This document shows positions 1-8,731 of a stretch of DNA of 64,000 nt, piece after piece; position 1 is the stretch's first letter; every line of letters starts with the position of its first letter. Below the pieces are notes generated by a model. The model did not search any database, was not told the origin of the DNA, and was given only the letters and a program-made list of their open reading frames with translations. The DNA is taken from the NCBI GenBank assembly GCA_964414415.1, contig CAYPWJ010000003.1:38784-102783 (forward strand). The letters run 5' to 3'. Origin of the DNA: an uncultured Thermoplasmatales archaeon (GTDB lineage Archaea; Thermoplasmatota; E2; UBA202; DSCA01). The position numbers and the translations under genes were made by a program.

Positions 1-1
1 C

Positions 2-358
2 CTCGGCATCGCGCACGGTCATGCATGGCCCGCTGACGAGGTGATGCAGGGCCGGGTGCTGGTGATGGGACACGTGCACCCCGTCGTCCGCCTCAGAGAC
101 GACCTGGGGTTCTCGACGTCCAAGCCGTGCTGGCTCCGTGCGCCGTTGCTGCGGGATGCAGCCCGGGAGCGGTATCCGTCGGTGAACCCGGACCTGGAGG
201 TCGTCGTCATGCCGGCGTTTAACCCGCTGTGCGGCGGGATGGCAGTCAACACCGAGGGCATCCTCGGGCCGCTGCACGGCGTCGTCGACGTCGACGCTGC
301 TGAGGTATACCTGCTTGACGGCACCCACCTGGGGAGCGTTGCATCCCTGCGGCTGTAG
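2..358 (+). CDS. Metallophosphoesterase (calcineurin-like), C-terminal part; 5' end lies outside the window
   Basis: Frame is open from base 2 (LGIAHGHAWP...VMGHVHP...VVMPAFNPLCGG). The GHxHP and PAFN motifs are typical of archaeal phosphoesterases. Confidence 0.7.
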   Translation, partial: LGIAHGHAWPADEVMQGRVLVMGHVHPVVRLRDDLGFSTSKPCWLRAPLLRDAARERYPSVNPDLEVVVMPAFNPLCGGMAVNTEGILGPLHGVVDVDAAEVYLLDGTHLGSVASLRL

Positions 359-401
359 AGCAGAAGCTTTTTATCCTGCATCTGTATTATCACGCGATAT
401 C

Positions 402-1340
402 ATGAAAATACTGGTGACGGACCCGGTTGCAGATGAAGCCATGGATATGCTCCGGGAACAACACGAGGTGGCGTTCAACGAGCTCACCGGCACCGAGCTC
501 GCAGCTGAAATCGGTCCATATCACGGTATCATGGTCCGCAGCGGCACGCAGGTGACACGCGAGGTCGTTGAGGCCGCCGACAACCTCAGGGTCGTCGGCC
601 GTGCAGGTATCGGCGTCGACAACATCGACCTCGAGGCGGCCAGCGAACGCGACGTCAAGGTCGTCAACGCGCCGACCGGTGCCACGCCGTCAGTGGCGGA
701 GCTCACCATCGTCCACATGCTGGCCCTCGCACGGCATCTGCCCCGAGCAGACAGGACGATGAAAGCCGGTGAATGGGCGAAGAAACAGCTGAAGGGCACC
801 GAGCTCAAGGGCAAGACCCTCGGCCTGGTCGGCTGCGGCAACATCGGCACCCTCGTCGCGGAGTACGCGCAGGCGCTGGACATGACCGTCGTCGGCTACG
901 ACCCCTACCTCTCCCAGGAGGAGCTGGCTGAGGCCGGCATCGAGAAAAAGGACTTCGACGAGATCCTCAAGATGGCGGACTACGTGTCGCTCCACGTGCC
1001 TCACGTCGAGGCGACGCATCACATCATCGACGCCGAGGCGCTGCAGACCATGCAACGTCACGCCTGCCTGGTGAACTGCGCCCGCGGGGGCGTGGTCGAC
1101 GAGGATGCGCTGTATGAGGCGCTCGTCGACGGCGAGATCGCCGGCGCGGCGCTGGATGTCTACGAGGAGGAGCCGCCCGGGGAGACGAGGCTGGCGGAGC
1201 TGGACAACGTCGTAATGACTCCGCACCTCGGCGCCGCTACCAGAGAAGGACAGGTGCGCGCGGGAACGGTCTGCGCCGAGCAGATGCTCATGGTGCTCAA
1301 CGGCGAGACGCCTGACTTCTGGGTCAACCGGAACGAATAA
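402..1340 (+). CDS. serA: D-3-phosphoglycerate dehydrogenase / D-2-hydroxyacid dehydrogenase
   Basis: Motifs MKILVTDPV, GRAGIGVDNID, GxGxxG (VGCGNIG), NCARGGVVDE, ALDVYEEEP, TPHLGAAT. No ACT domain. Start moved to ATG 402. Confidence 0.8.
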   Translation: MKILVTDPVADEAMDMLREQHEVAFNELTGTELAAEIGPYHGIMVRSGTQVTREVVEAADNLRVVGRAGIGVDNIDLEAASERDVKVVNAPTGATPSVAELTIVHMLALARHLPRADRTMKAGEWAKKQLKGTELKGKTLGLVGCGNIGTLVAEYAQALDMTVVGYDPYLSQEELAEAGIEKKDFDEILKMADYVSLHVPHVEATHHIIDAEALQTMQRHACLVNCARGGVVDEDALYEALVDGEIAGAALDVYEEEPPGETRLAELDNVVMTPHLGAATREGQVRAGTVCAEQMLMVLNGETPDFWVNRNE

Positions 1341-1352
1341 AAAATCGGCGCG

Positions 1353-1724
1353 TCAGTCGTAGTCGTTGCTTTCCTCTGCCTCGGGAGCCACGCCTTCCTC
1401 GCTGATGTTCGTTATTATCTGCATCGGTGTAGGTATCCTGAACTTCGGCCAGAGTGACGTGTTGGTGAAGCAGGAAAACTCGGTGACGTAGTACTCGTGG
1501 TCCCGGCTGATGACGCCCTGCAGCGTGAAAAATATCTCCCGTCGTTTCTCCAGGGCGAGGTCGCCGTCTGTGATTTCGACGATGGACCCTTCGGCATTGA
1601 TGGCGTCGGATCCCTCCAGCATGACCTCGAGGTTGAAGATGCATTCAGCGACTTTTTCCTCGTCCTCCACGATGTCGCCCATGCCGATGTAGAGGCCGGG
1701 GAAGCTGGACAGCTCCTGCTCCAT
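1353..1724 (-). CDS. Hypothetical acidic protein
   Basis: Coding-like ORF with an AT-rich TATA-like element (ttaaaata) upstream at about 1751-1758. No motif recognised. Confidence 0.55.
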   Translation of the reverse strand: MEQELSSFPGLYIGMGDIVEDEEKVAECIFNLEVMLEGSDAINAEGSIVEITDGDLALEKRREIFFTLQGVISRDHEYYVTEFSCFTNTSLWPKFRIPTPMQIITNISEEGVAPEAEESNDYD

Positions 1725-1777
1725 GGAGGTAAACACGCCGCGTACATAAATATTTTAACTCCAGGCCCTTGAAGCAC

Positions 1778-2200
1778 ATGGACGTCATCTCCTCGGTCGG
1801 GCATTCAAACCGCGGCGCCGACGCGTTCATCGAGCTGCTGCAGCGACACGGCATCGAAGCGGTCGTCGACGTCCGCCGGTGGCCCCTGTCACGATGGCCG
1901 CAGTTCAACCATGATGCGCTCAGGTATCTGCTCCGGGAGAACGACGTCGGTTATGTCCACCTTGAGGCGCTGGGCGCCCGCCGCGAGCAGGGCTACACGG
2001 CGTGGATGCAAAGCGAGGCGTGGCAAGAGGCATACCGGCGGCTCGTTGACCATGCACGCCGGCAGCCCACGGCGTTCATGTGTACGGAACGCCAGCCGCA
2101 GCGGTGCCACCGTCGCTACATCGCCCGCCGCCTCGCCCGGGATGGATGGCGGGTCGTCCACCTCGTCGACAGCGGCGTGGCGCAGGCGACGCTTGGCTGA
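1778..2200 (+). CDS. DUF488 family protein
   Basis: SVGHSNR...VVDVRRWP.SR.PQFN...LG...FMCTERQPQRCHRRYIA matches the DUF488 pattern. Confidence 0.8.
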   Translation: MDVISSVGHSNRGADAFIELLQRHGIEAVVDVRRWPLSRWPQFNHDALRYLLRENDVGYVHLEALGARREQGYTAWMQSEAWQEAYRRLVDHARRQPTAFMCTERQPQRCHRRYIARRLARDGWRVVHLVDSGVAQATLG

Positions 2201-2256
2201 CAGCCGATGCCGGAACGCTTTTAAGACATCTGGCTATACCATACGGGAGGGAAACC

Positions 2257-3297
2257 ATTTTTGACGTCCTCGAAGCAGTCATCCCCTACATCAGCGGGCT
2301 GTACACCCTTCCCTGGATAGCTGTCGGCTTCGTCGGCAACCTGCTGCTCAGCCGTATCTTCGGCGAAGAACGCGTCGCGGCGACGATGAAAAAAATCGGG
2401 CTGGTGCTGCTCTTCGTGTTCATCCCCATCCTGCTGTTCAAGCTCTTCCTGAACATCGACTTCCGGGCGAAGGAACTCGACTTCGCCGTGCTCGCCCTCG
2501 CCGCCATGGCCTTCCTGTACCTGATAGCCTACCTGTACGCCAGGCGGCAGGCTCCACGGTTCACCGACGGCGGCGGCGAGCGGCTGCATTTCATGAAGAC
2601 AACCATCGTCAACCAGGGACGGAGCGCCGCCTTCTTCGGGAGCGCCATCCTGGCCATCGAGGAGCTGCGTATTCCTGCCGGTATCTATATTACTCTCCTC
2701 GGCATCTATCTGTTCGCCATCGTGCCGTATCTGCTGGCGCATCTCCACGGTCGGGAGGCCGCTGCCAGCGAGACTAAAAACCCGTTGCCTCGTTTTTTAC
2801 GTATCTTCCCCTGGTACCTGGCCGCCTTTCCCATAGCGGCGACTGTTTTCCATGCGCAGACCGGCGTTACGACCTCCACGTATGAATGGGGCGTCCTGCT
2901 GGACTTCGCTGCAGCGATAACAATCCCGGCGGCGCTGTACTACGTCGGTTCAAGTATCAAGCTGTCGGACGTGACGCCTGAAAAGCTCCGGCAGCTGTTT
3001 TTTGTCCGTGCGGGCGAGCTGGCGAAGGTTCGGATGCTCCTGCTGCTCACCTTGGTCGTCACGCCTGCCGTCGTTGCAGTGCTGTTCGGCTCGCTCTGGC
3101 TGTTGGGGCTCATTCCGGCGGCGTGGCTCGCGGTGCTGCTGCTCAACGCGGTGCTGCCCATCACGAGCACCAACATGTTCCTGGCGCCGTACGGCATCAA
3201 CGAAAAGGTGACGGCGCTGTCGGTGACGTGGTCGACGCTGTTTTCGCTGCCGCTGTTCGTCGCGCTTTATTACGTGATGGCCCTGCTGTTTGGGTAG
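2257..3297 (+). CDS. AEC (auxin efflux carrier-like) family membrane transporter; start codon uncertain, probably ATT
   Basis: About 10 hydrophobic segments and AEC-like motifs (NQGRSAAFFG, AAAITIPAALYYVG, LPITSTN...APYG, VTWSTLFSLP). GGAGG at 2246-2250 precedes the in-frame ATT at 2257. Confidence 0.7.
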   Translation: MFDVLEAVIPYISGLYTLPWIAVGFVGNLLLSRIFGEERVAATMKKIGLVLLFVFIPILLFKLFLNIDFRAKELDFAVLALAAMAFLYLIAYLYARRQAPRFTDGGGERLHFMKTTIVNQGRSAAFFGSAILAIEELRIPAGIYITLLGIYLFAIVPYLLAHLHGREAAASETKNPLPRFLRIFPWYLAAFPIAATVFHAQTGVTTSTYEWGVLLDFAAAITIPAALYYVGSSIKLSDVTPEKLRQLFFVRAGELAKVRMLLLLTLVVTPAVVAVLFGSLWLLGLIPAAWLAVLLLNAVLPITSTNMFLAPYGINEKVTALSVTWSTLFSLPLFVALYYVMALLFG

Positions 3298-4584
3298 TTA
3301 TTCCTCGACGACCCGCTGGGCTTTGCCCATGCTCCGGGGAATCGTCTCTGGCTCGACGACCTCGACCGGGATGTGGAGGTTGAGCACCGCGTAGATGTCC
3401 TCCTCTATCTGCTCCGCCAGCTCGTCGAGGTTGCCCTGGCGGTGGCGCTTCCGGGTCGGCTCGAGTTTGACCGAGAGCGTCGTCAAACCGCGCTTGTCTT
3501 TCTTGATGAGCTGGTAGTGGCCGCTGGCGCCCGGCTGCTGCATGATTATCTCCTCGAGCTGGGAGGGAAACACGATGACGCCCTTTATCTTCATCATGTC
3601 GTCGCTCCTGCCCTTGATGCGGGAGATGACTGGCAGCGTCCGGCCGCACTTGCAGGGCTCCTCGGTATATTCGGCGATGTCGCCGGTGCGGAAGCGCAGC
3701 GCCGGGAAGCCTTCCTTGGTGATGGTGGTGAACACGAGCTCTCCCTCGTTGCCCGGAGGCAGCTGTTCGCCGGTCTCGGGGTCGATGATCTCGGTGAGGA
3801 AGTGATCGGCGTTGACGTGCATGCGCTGTTCCTGGCATTCGGTGACGACGCCTGGGCCGATGATCTCCGTCAAGCCATAATGCTCGTGGGCCCGGATGCC
3901 CCATTTTCCCTCGATTTTTTTGCGCATCTCGTCGCTCCATGACTCGGCGCCGAAGAGCCCCAGCCGGAGCTGGAAGTCCTCCCGCGGGTCGTGGCCCATG
4001 TCCCGGGCGACCTCGGCCATGAACAATGAGTAGGACGGCGTGCAGGCGACGGCCGTGGCGCCGAAGTCCTTCATCAGCGTTATCTGCCGCTTGGTGTTCC
4101 CGGAGCTCGTGGGCACGACGAGAGCGCCGATGCGCTGCGCTCCTTTTTCGAAGCCATGTGCGCCGGTAAAGAGACCGTAGCCGTAGGCGTTCTGCATCAC
4201 GTCGCCGGCGCGGAGGCCGTTTGCCCACAGCGAGCGTGCCATGACCTCTGCCCAGAGGTCGACGTCCGCTGCGGTGTATGGACCGACGACGGGCTTCCCG
4301 GTGGTGCCCGACGACGCGTGTAGCTCGACGCAGTCGCCGCGGTCGACGCAGAGGAGACCGAAGGGGTAGTAGTCGCGGAGCTCGGCCTTCGTCAGGAACG
4401 GCAGCTTGGTGATGTCGTCCAGCGTTTCGATGTCGTCAGGAGCAACGTCGGCCTGCTTGAGCTTGTCGTGGTAGTGCTCGTTGGTGGTATAGCAGCGCTG
4501 CACTGTCTTCCGCAGCCGACGGAGCTGCAGCTGTTTCAACGTATCAGGCGGCATTGTTTCCTGCTCTTTGTCCCAAAAATCCAT
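3298..4584 (-). CDS. paaK: Phenylacetate-CoA ligase family acyl-CoA ligase
   Basis: Motifs HASSGTTGKP, YGYGLFTGAHG, HYGLTEIIGPG, RFRTGDI, GRSDDMMKIKGVIVFPSQ, IPRSMGKAQRV. Confidence 0.88.
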   Translation of the reverse strand: MDFWDKEQETMPPDTLKQLQLRRLRKTVQRCYTTNEHYHDKLKQADVAPDDIETLDDITKLPFLTKAELRDYYPFGLLCVDRGDCVELHASSGTTGKPVVGPYTAADVDLWAEVMARSLWANGLRAGDVMQNAYGYGLFTGAHGFEKGAQRIGALVVPTSSGNTKRQITLMKDFGATAVACTPSYSLFMAEVARDMGHDPREDFQLRLGLFGAESWSDEMRKKIEGKWGIRAHEHYGLTEIIGPGVVTECQEQRMHVNADHFLTEIIDPETGEQLPPGNEGELVFTTITKEGFPALRFRTGDIAEYTEEPCKCGRTLPVISRIKGRSDDMMKIKGVIVFPSQLEEIIMQQPGASGHYQLIKKDKRGLTTLSVKLEPTRKRHRQGNLDELAEQIEEDIYAVLNLHIPVEVVEPETIPRSMGKAQRVVEE

Positions 4585-4618
4585 GATGGTAATGCGCTGC
4601 GCTTTAAAAAATGCGTCG

Positions 4619-5152
4619 CTATCGCTGCCGACGGAGATATACCAGTCCATCCTGTTCGTTCTCGACCTCGAAGCCGAGCTTTCCGAAGAGGTGCAGCATC
4701 GCCTCGTTGTCCCGGGTGACCTCGGCGGTCAGCGTCGGGACGCCGTGTCGCTCGGCCACCCGGATGAGATGGCGGAGGAGGGCGGTGCCGACGCCGCGGT
4801 CCTGCCAGTCGTCTCTGACGACGACGGCGACTTCCGCTTCGCTGTCATGCCGCGTGTATCTCCCGACGCCCAGCGGCACCTCGCCGTGGTAGTCCATCCA
4901 TGTGGCGAGCACTGCAACGTCTCGCTCGTAGTCGTTGTCGAGATAGGTCTGGAGCTCCTCGCGGGGCATCCATGTCTTCGTGTGGAACCAGCGCCGTCGT
5001 TTGGTTTCCGGGGAGAAGGCATTGAAGAGTTCGAGCATGAGCTCCTCGTCGTTTGGCCGGATGGCTCTGAGCACGATGCGGCTGCCGTCCTGTATCCGCG
5101 CTGTCGTGCGCAGTTCCCCGGGGTCTACAGGGGAGCTCGATGTAGCGACCAT
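4619..5152 (-). CDS. GNAT N-acetyltransferase (Pat/PatZ-like GNAT domain)
   Basis: DGSRIVLRAIRPND...AEVAVVVRDDWQDRGVGTALL (acetyl-CoA motif A)...NEAMLHLFGKLGF. Confidence 0.82.
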   Translation of the reverse strand: MVATSSSPVDPGELRTTARIQDGSRIVLRAIRPNDEELMLELFNAFSPETKRRRWFHTKTWMPREELQTYLDNDYERDVAVLATWMDYHGEVPLGVGRYTRHDSEAEVAVVVRDDWQDRGVGTALLRHLIRVAERHGVPTLTAEVTRDNEAMLHLFGKLGFEVENEQDGLVYLRRQR

Positions 5153-5347
5153 CGGGATACAATACCCGGGATTATTAAAAGCTGTTTTGGCGTGAAGCCG
5201 CACTCAGAGCTCATGAAGAGGCAAGGGAGATACGGGTACACCGGATGGGAATTTTTCCGTGCTCGGTGGTTGCGTGGACGCTGTCATGTGGTGCATGGTG
5301 CGCCAACCGAAACTTTATAGGCATATATGACCTTCTATACGGGAGGA

Positions 5348-6010
5348 ATGCCGCGCGATAGACCGGGTACGGGCAACAGGCAACGGGCATTGTACCGACG
5401 GAGACAGATACACAGCCGGCTGCGTTCCAGGATGAACGGGGGGAGGCGGGCTACCACTGGCGTTGAGAAGCTTCTCAGTAATCTGCAGCTGCCGTCGAAG
5501 GTTGAAGAGGCGACTACGGAGCTGTACAGGCGGGCCGTGGAAACACATACGCTGCGCGGCCGGGATACGAAAACGCTGCTGGCCGCCGCTGCCTACGCCG
5601 CCTGCCGACAGTACGGGGTGCCGGTTACTCTCGATGAGATAGCTGAGCGGTCGGGCATCAGCAGGAAAGACGTCGGGAAAAATTTCCGGTGGCTGGCGCA
5701 TGAACTGCAACTGAAGCTTCGACCGATGTCGCCGCTGGATTATCTGGACAGGTTTTGTCAGCGGCTTGAAAGAAGCGAATGCGTCCGGTCGGCGGCCCGT
5801 CGCATTCTTGAGCAGGCTGACGAAAAAGAAATAATCAGCGGGCGTGGGGCGACCGGGATGGCCGCCGCCGCCATCTATATTGCCTCGATTCAATGCGGCG
5901 ACAAGATAACGCAGCGGGCGGTCGCCGGCGTGGCCAGGATAACGGAGGTTACGCTCCGGAATCGATATAAGGAGCTGGCAGAGCGGCTCAACCTCGACAT
6001 GGATGCCTGA
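5348..6010 (+). CDS. TFB (TFIIB) paralog with two cyclin repeats, lacking the Zn ribbon and B-reader
   Basis: AAAAYAACR, VTLDEIA, SGRG..G.AAAAIYIA and TQRAVAGVARITEVTLRNRYKEL align by eye with the full TFB at 62528-63475. TTTATA at about 5314 and GGAGG immediately before ATG 5348. Confidence 0.85.
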   Translation: MPRDRPGTGNRQRALYRRRQIHSRLRSRMNGGRRATTGVEKLLSNLQLPSKVEEATTELYRRAVETHTLRGRDTKTLLAAAAYAACRQYGVPVTLDEIAERSGISRKDVGKNFRWLAHELQLKLRPMSPLDYLDRFCQRLERSECVRSAARRILEQADEKEIISGRGATGMAAAAIYIASIQCGDKITQRAVAGVARITEVTLRNRYKELAERLNLDMDA

Positions 6011-6139
6011 GTGGATGACGTTGCAGGTGGCGCTCTTTGTAGTATGAGCTGTCGGTGTTTCGTGCCGCGGAACCCACGCTGCCGGCTATTAACAATAGTT
6101 AATTTTAAATAACCCGGTGCATTGTATAGGTGTGATACG

Positions 6140-6985
6140 ATGAAACACGCAGGCATTGGAATCGTTGCCGTCGGCGTGGCGCTGCTCATGCTGGCGGCCA
6201 TGCTCCCCGTGCAGCCCGCGTCTCCGCTTGCCGCCGCGCCGGGCGACAACACGCCGCCAAACCCGCCGGATATATCGGGACCCGGCGAGGGAAAGATATG
6301 GGAGGTCTACACCTACCAGTTCACGATTACCGACCCAGACGGCGACAAGATGGAACGCCTCGAAATCTATTTCGGCGACGACAAGGAGGAAATCCTGAAC
6401 TGCGGATGCACGCAGCCCTACTGGCCGTCGGGCACCACGATCAACGTCACCCATCGCTGGACCCAGCGCGGCGACTACACCATCAAGGCCAGGGTGCGCG
6501 ACGTCCTCGGCGAGTACAGCGACTGGGGCACGCTTCAGGTCTCCATGCCCAGGAAAGCCGCAGCGATCAACGGCCGCCCTGTATCTCCCGCGCCGGTGCA
6601 GACGGCGGCCGGGCTGAACGACACGACGCCGCCCAACGTCACCATCGTCAACCCTCGTGCGGGATACCTTCATATCGGGGGTAAACCCCTGATGGAGCTG
6701 CCGTCGTCCATGTCGACCCTGCTTCCCGGCTCGTTTCTATTCAGCAGGGGCAAGGCCCTGGTGACCGACAACGTCGACGCACCGGACGATCTACAGGTGA
6801 CGGTATATCTCGACGGCGAGCAGCGTGCGATCGCCGAATGGAGCCCCTGCAGCCGGTACCACGAATGGGGCGTCCTCGGGCGCCACGTGGGCCCAACGAC
6901 GCTCCGCGTTGCGGCAACGGACAGCAGCGGCAACGTCGGCAGCGCCGAGATGCCCGTCTGGTACGTCTGCCTCCTCCAGCAGTAG
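6140..6985 (+). CDS. Secreted protein: signal peptide, PKD-like domain and C-terminal Ig-like module
   Basis: Hydrophobic N-terminus (AVGVALLMLAAMLP), PKD-like YTY..TDPDGD...YFGD...HRW..G.YTIKARVRD, then the DTTPPNVTIVNPRAGYL module. Confidence 0.75.
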   Translation: MKHAGIGIVAVGVALLMLAAMLPVQPASPLAAAPGDNTPPNPPDISGPGEGKIWEVYTYQFTITDPDGDKMERLEIYFGDDKEEILNCGCTQPYWPSGTTINVTHRWTQRGDYTIKARVRDVLGEYSDWGTLQVSMPRKAAAINGRPVSPAPVQTAAGLNDTTPPNVTIVNPRAGYLHIGGKPLMELPSSMSTLLPGSFLFSRGKALVTDNVDAPDDLQVTVYLDGEQRAIAEWSPCSRYHEWGVLGRHVGPTTLRVAATDSSGNVGSAEMPVWYVCLLQQ

Positions 6986-6996
6986 CTTTTCCCTCT

Positions 6997-7530
6997 TTAT
7001 TTTCGCAGCGACTGCAGCACCTCGCGGTGCACATCGTAGGCCTGCTGGTCGTAGAGGACGAAGCGCACCAGCTCCAATGCGTCGTTGTCCTCCAGCCATG
7101 CAACCACGGTGGGTAGGGTCACCTCGGCAGCTTTCTCCAGCGGGTAGCCGAAGGCGCCGGTGCTCAGTGCCGGAAACGAGATACTGGCCAGACCATACTC
7201 TCGGGCGAGCTGCAGCGCGTTGCGGTAGCATGCCTCCAGCAGCTCCGCGTTCCGCTGCTGGCCGGAGTAGACGGGACCGACAGTGTGGATGACGTACCGT
7301 GCAGGCAAATTGTAGCCCAGCGTGATTTTCGCTTCCCCGGTTCGGCAGCCCTCCAGTTCTTTGCATTCCTCCCAGAGTTCCGGCCCTGCGGCGCGATGGA
7401 TGGCACCGGCGACGCCCCCGCCCGGGGCAAGCCGCTTGTTGGCGGCGTTGACCACCGCGTCTGTTTCCTGCAGCGTGATGTCGCCCACCGTGAGCTCCAG
7501 CGTCGCCTCGCCGACTGATAGTTGTTCCAT
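6997..7530 (-). CDS. Macro domain protein (O-acetyl-ADP-ribose deacetylase, YmdB-like)
   Basis: GDITLQETDAVVNAAN..L..GGGVAGAIHRAAG, VIHTVGP and SISFPALSTGAFGYP motifs. Confidence 0.9.
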   Translation of the reverse strand: MEQLSVGEATLELTVGDITLQETDAVVNAANKRLAPGGGVAGAIHRAAGPELWEECKELEGCRTGEAKITLGYNLPARYVIHTVGPVYSGQQRNAELLEACYRNALQLAREYGLASISFPALSTGAFGYPLEKAAEVTLPTVVAWLEDNDALELVRFVLYDQQAYDVHREVLQSLRK

Positions 7531-7599
7531 GGGTGAGAGCAGCAACGACCTATAAAAAAATAGTGCAGGGAAACATATCATATATCCCCTCCGTATTAC

Positions 7600-8655
7600 A
7601 TGACAATGGGCGTCGTGACAGGTGGTAACGGGCAACACGAAAGATGCCAGCTGTGCGGTGCAGCCGTCACCGATATCTCGGCTGCCCTCGGCATCTGCCG
7701 CACCTGCATAAGAGAAGCCCCCTCGGCATCACTCCCTCTCATCGACCAGGCGCACGACCGCCTACGCCGCGCCGGCGGACTGCCGATAGAGCCGCCAAAC
7801 GACGGCGGCATCCGGTGCACCGTGTGCGCCAACGAGTGCCGGATCGGGTACGGCGAGACGGGCTACTGCGGCCTCAGGGAAAACGTGCGGGACATGCTGA
7901 TAGAGCGACAGGGCATCGTCCGCACCCGTTACAGCCCGGCCCCGCATGAATGCCTGGGAGCACCGGCCTGTCACGCCGACGGCTACACGCTCGAGGTCTT
8001 CGCCTACGGCTGCACGTTTAACTGTCTGCATTGCCCGCACCCGGAGCACCGCCGCACCGACGAGGTCAAACGACTGGGGATTCCCGCGCTCCAGCAGCTG
8101 GCGCAGCAGGCGTCATGCATCCGCTTTTACGGCGGCGCACCGGAACCGCAGCTTCCCTTCCTGCTTGAAGCGACCGAGCGCATTCTGGAGCGGGGAGAAG
8201 CACGCATCTGCTGGGAGCTCAACGGCAGCGCTGCCCCGGACCTGACGAGACGGGCTGCACGACACGCCGCCGCATCGGGAGGCATCGCCACCATGAGAAT
8301 CATGGCGCGCGACCCGATGCTCCACCGGACGCTGACAGGGCGGGACAACCGGCGTACCCTCGCCGCCTTCAAGATGCTCGCCGACGACTTTGATGCAGCG
8401 ACGCTGGCGGCAGCAACGATGCTCGTTCCCGACTACATCGACGCAGATGAGGTGGCTGCCATCGCCTCGTTTATCGCATCGTGCAACCCGGATATTCCCT
8501 ATATGCTGCTCCCTCCGCAGCCTGACAGCGCCGCTGTTGCCCTCCCGCCATCGAGCGACGAGCAGGTCGAGGCCTGCCGCGCTGCGGCGGCAAAATATTT
8601 AAACCGCGTGCACATTTGCAGCCTGGCATCTGCAGGGGTAAACAACCCTTTGTAG
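7600..8655 (+). CDS. Radical SAM protein (PFL-activase-like / AmmeMemoRadiSam-related)
   Basis: CxxxCxxC (CTFNCLHC), N-terminal Cys clusters CQLC, CRTC and CTVCANEC..G..GYCGLR, plus FYGGAPEPQ. Confidence 0.75.
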   Translation: MTMGVVTGGNGQHERCQLCGAAVTDISAALGICRTCIREAPSASLPLIDQAHDRLRRAGGLPIEPPNDGGIRCTVCANECRIGYGETGYCGLRENVRDMLIERQGIVRTRYSPAPHECLGAPACHADGYTLEVFAYGCTFNCLHCPHPEHRRTDEVKRLGIPALQQLAQQASCIRFYGGAPEPQLPFLLEATERILERGEARICWELNGSAAPDLTRRAARHAAASGGIATMRIMARDPMLHRTLTGRDNRRTLAAFKMLADDFDAATLAAATMLVPDYIDADEVAAIASFIASCNPDIPYMLLPPQPDSAAVALPPSSDEQVEACRAAAAKYLNRVHICSLASAGVNNPL

Positions 8656-8678
8656 ACGGCGGATGCGAGACCCCTATC

Positions 8679-8731
8679 TTTATATACATGATTGTATATT
8701 TGGGTAAAAGTTTCCCCCTATCAGGTGAACA
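8679..8731 (+). promoter_or_regulatory. TATA-like box (TTTATATA) and GGTGA RBS upstream of the ribosomal protein cluster
   Basis: tttatata at about 8679-8686; aggtgaaca immediately before the rpl3 ATG. Confidence 0.5.

Noticed and set aside
6086-6098. Short dyads CTATT-aac-AATAG (6086-6098) and ACGCTG-gatatg-CAGCGT (30612-30629)
   Set aside because: Arms of 5-6 bp are expected by chance and share no consensus with the other dyads.
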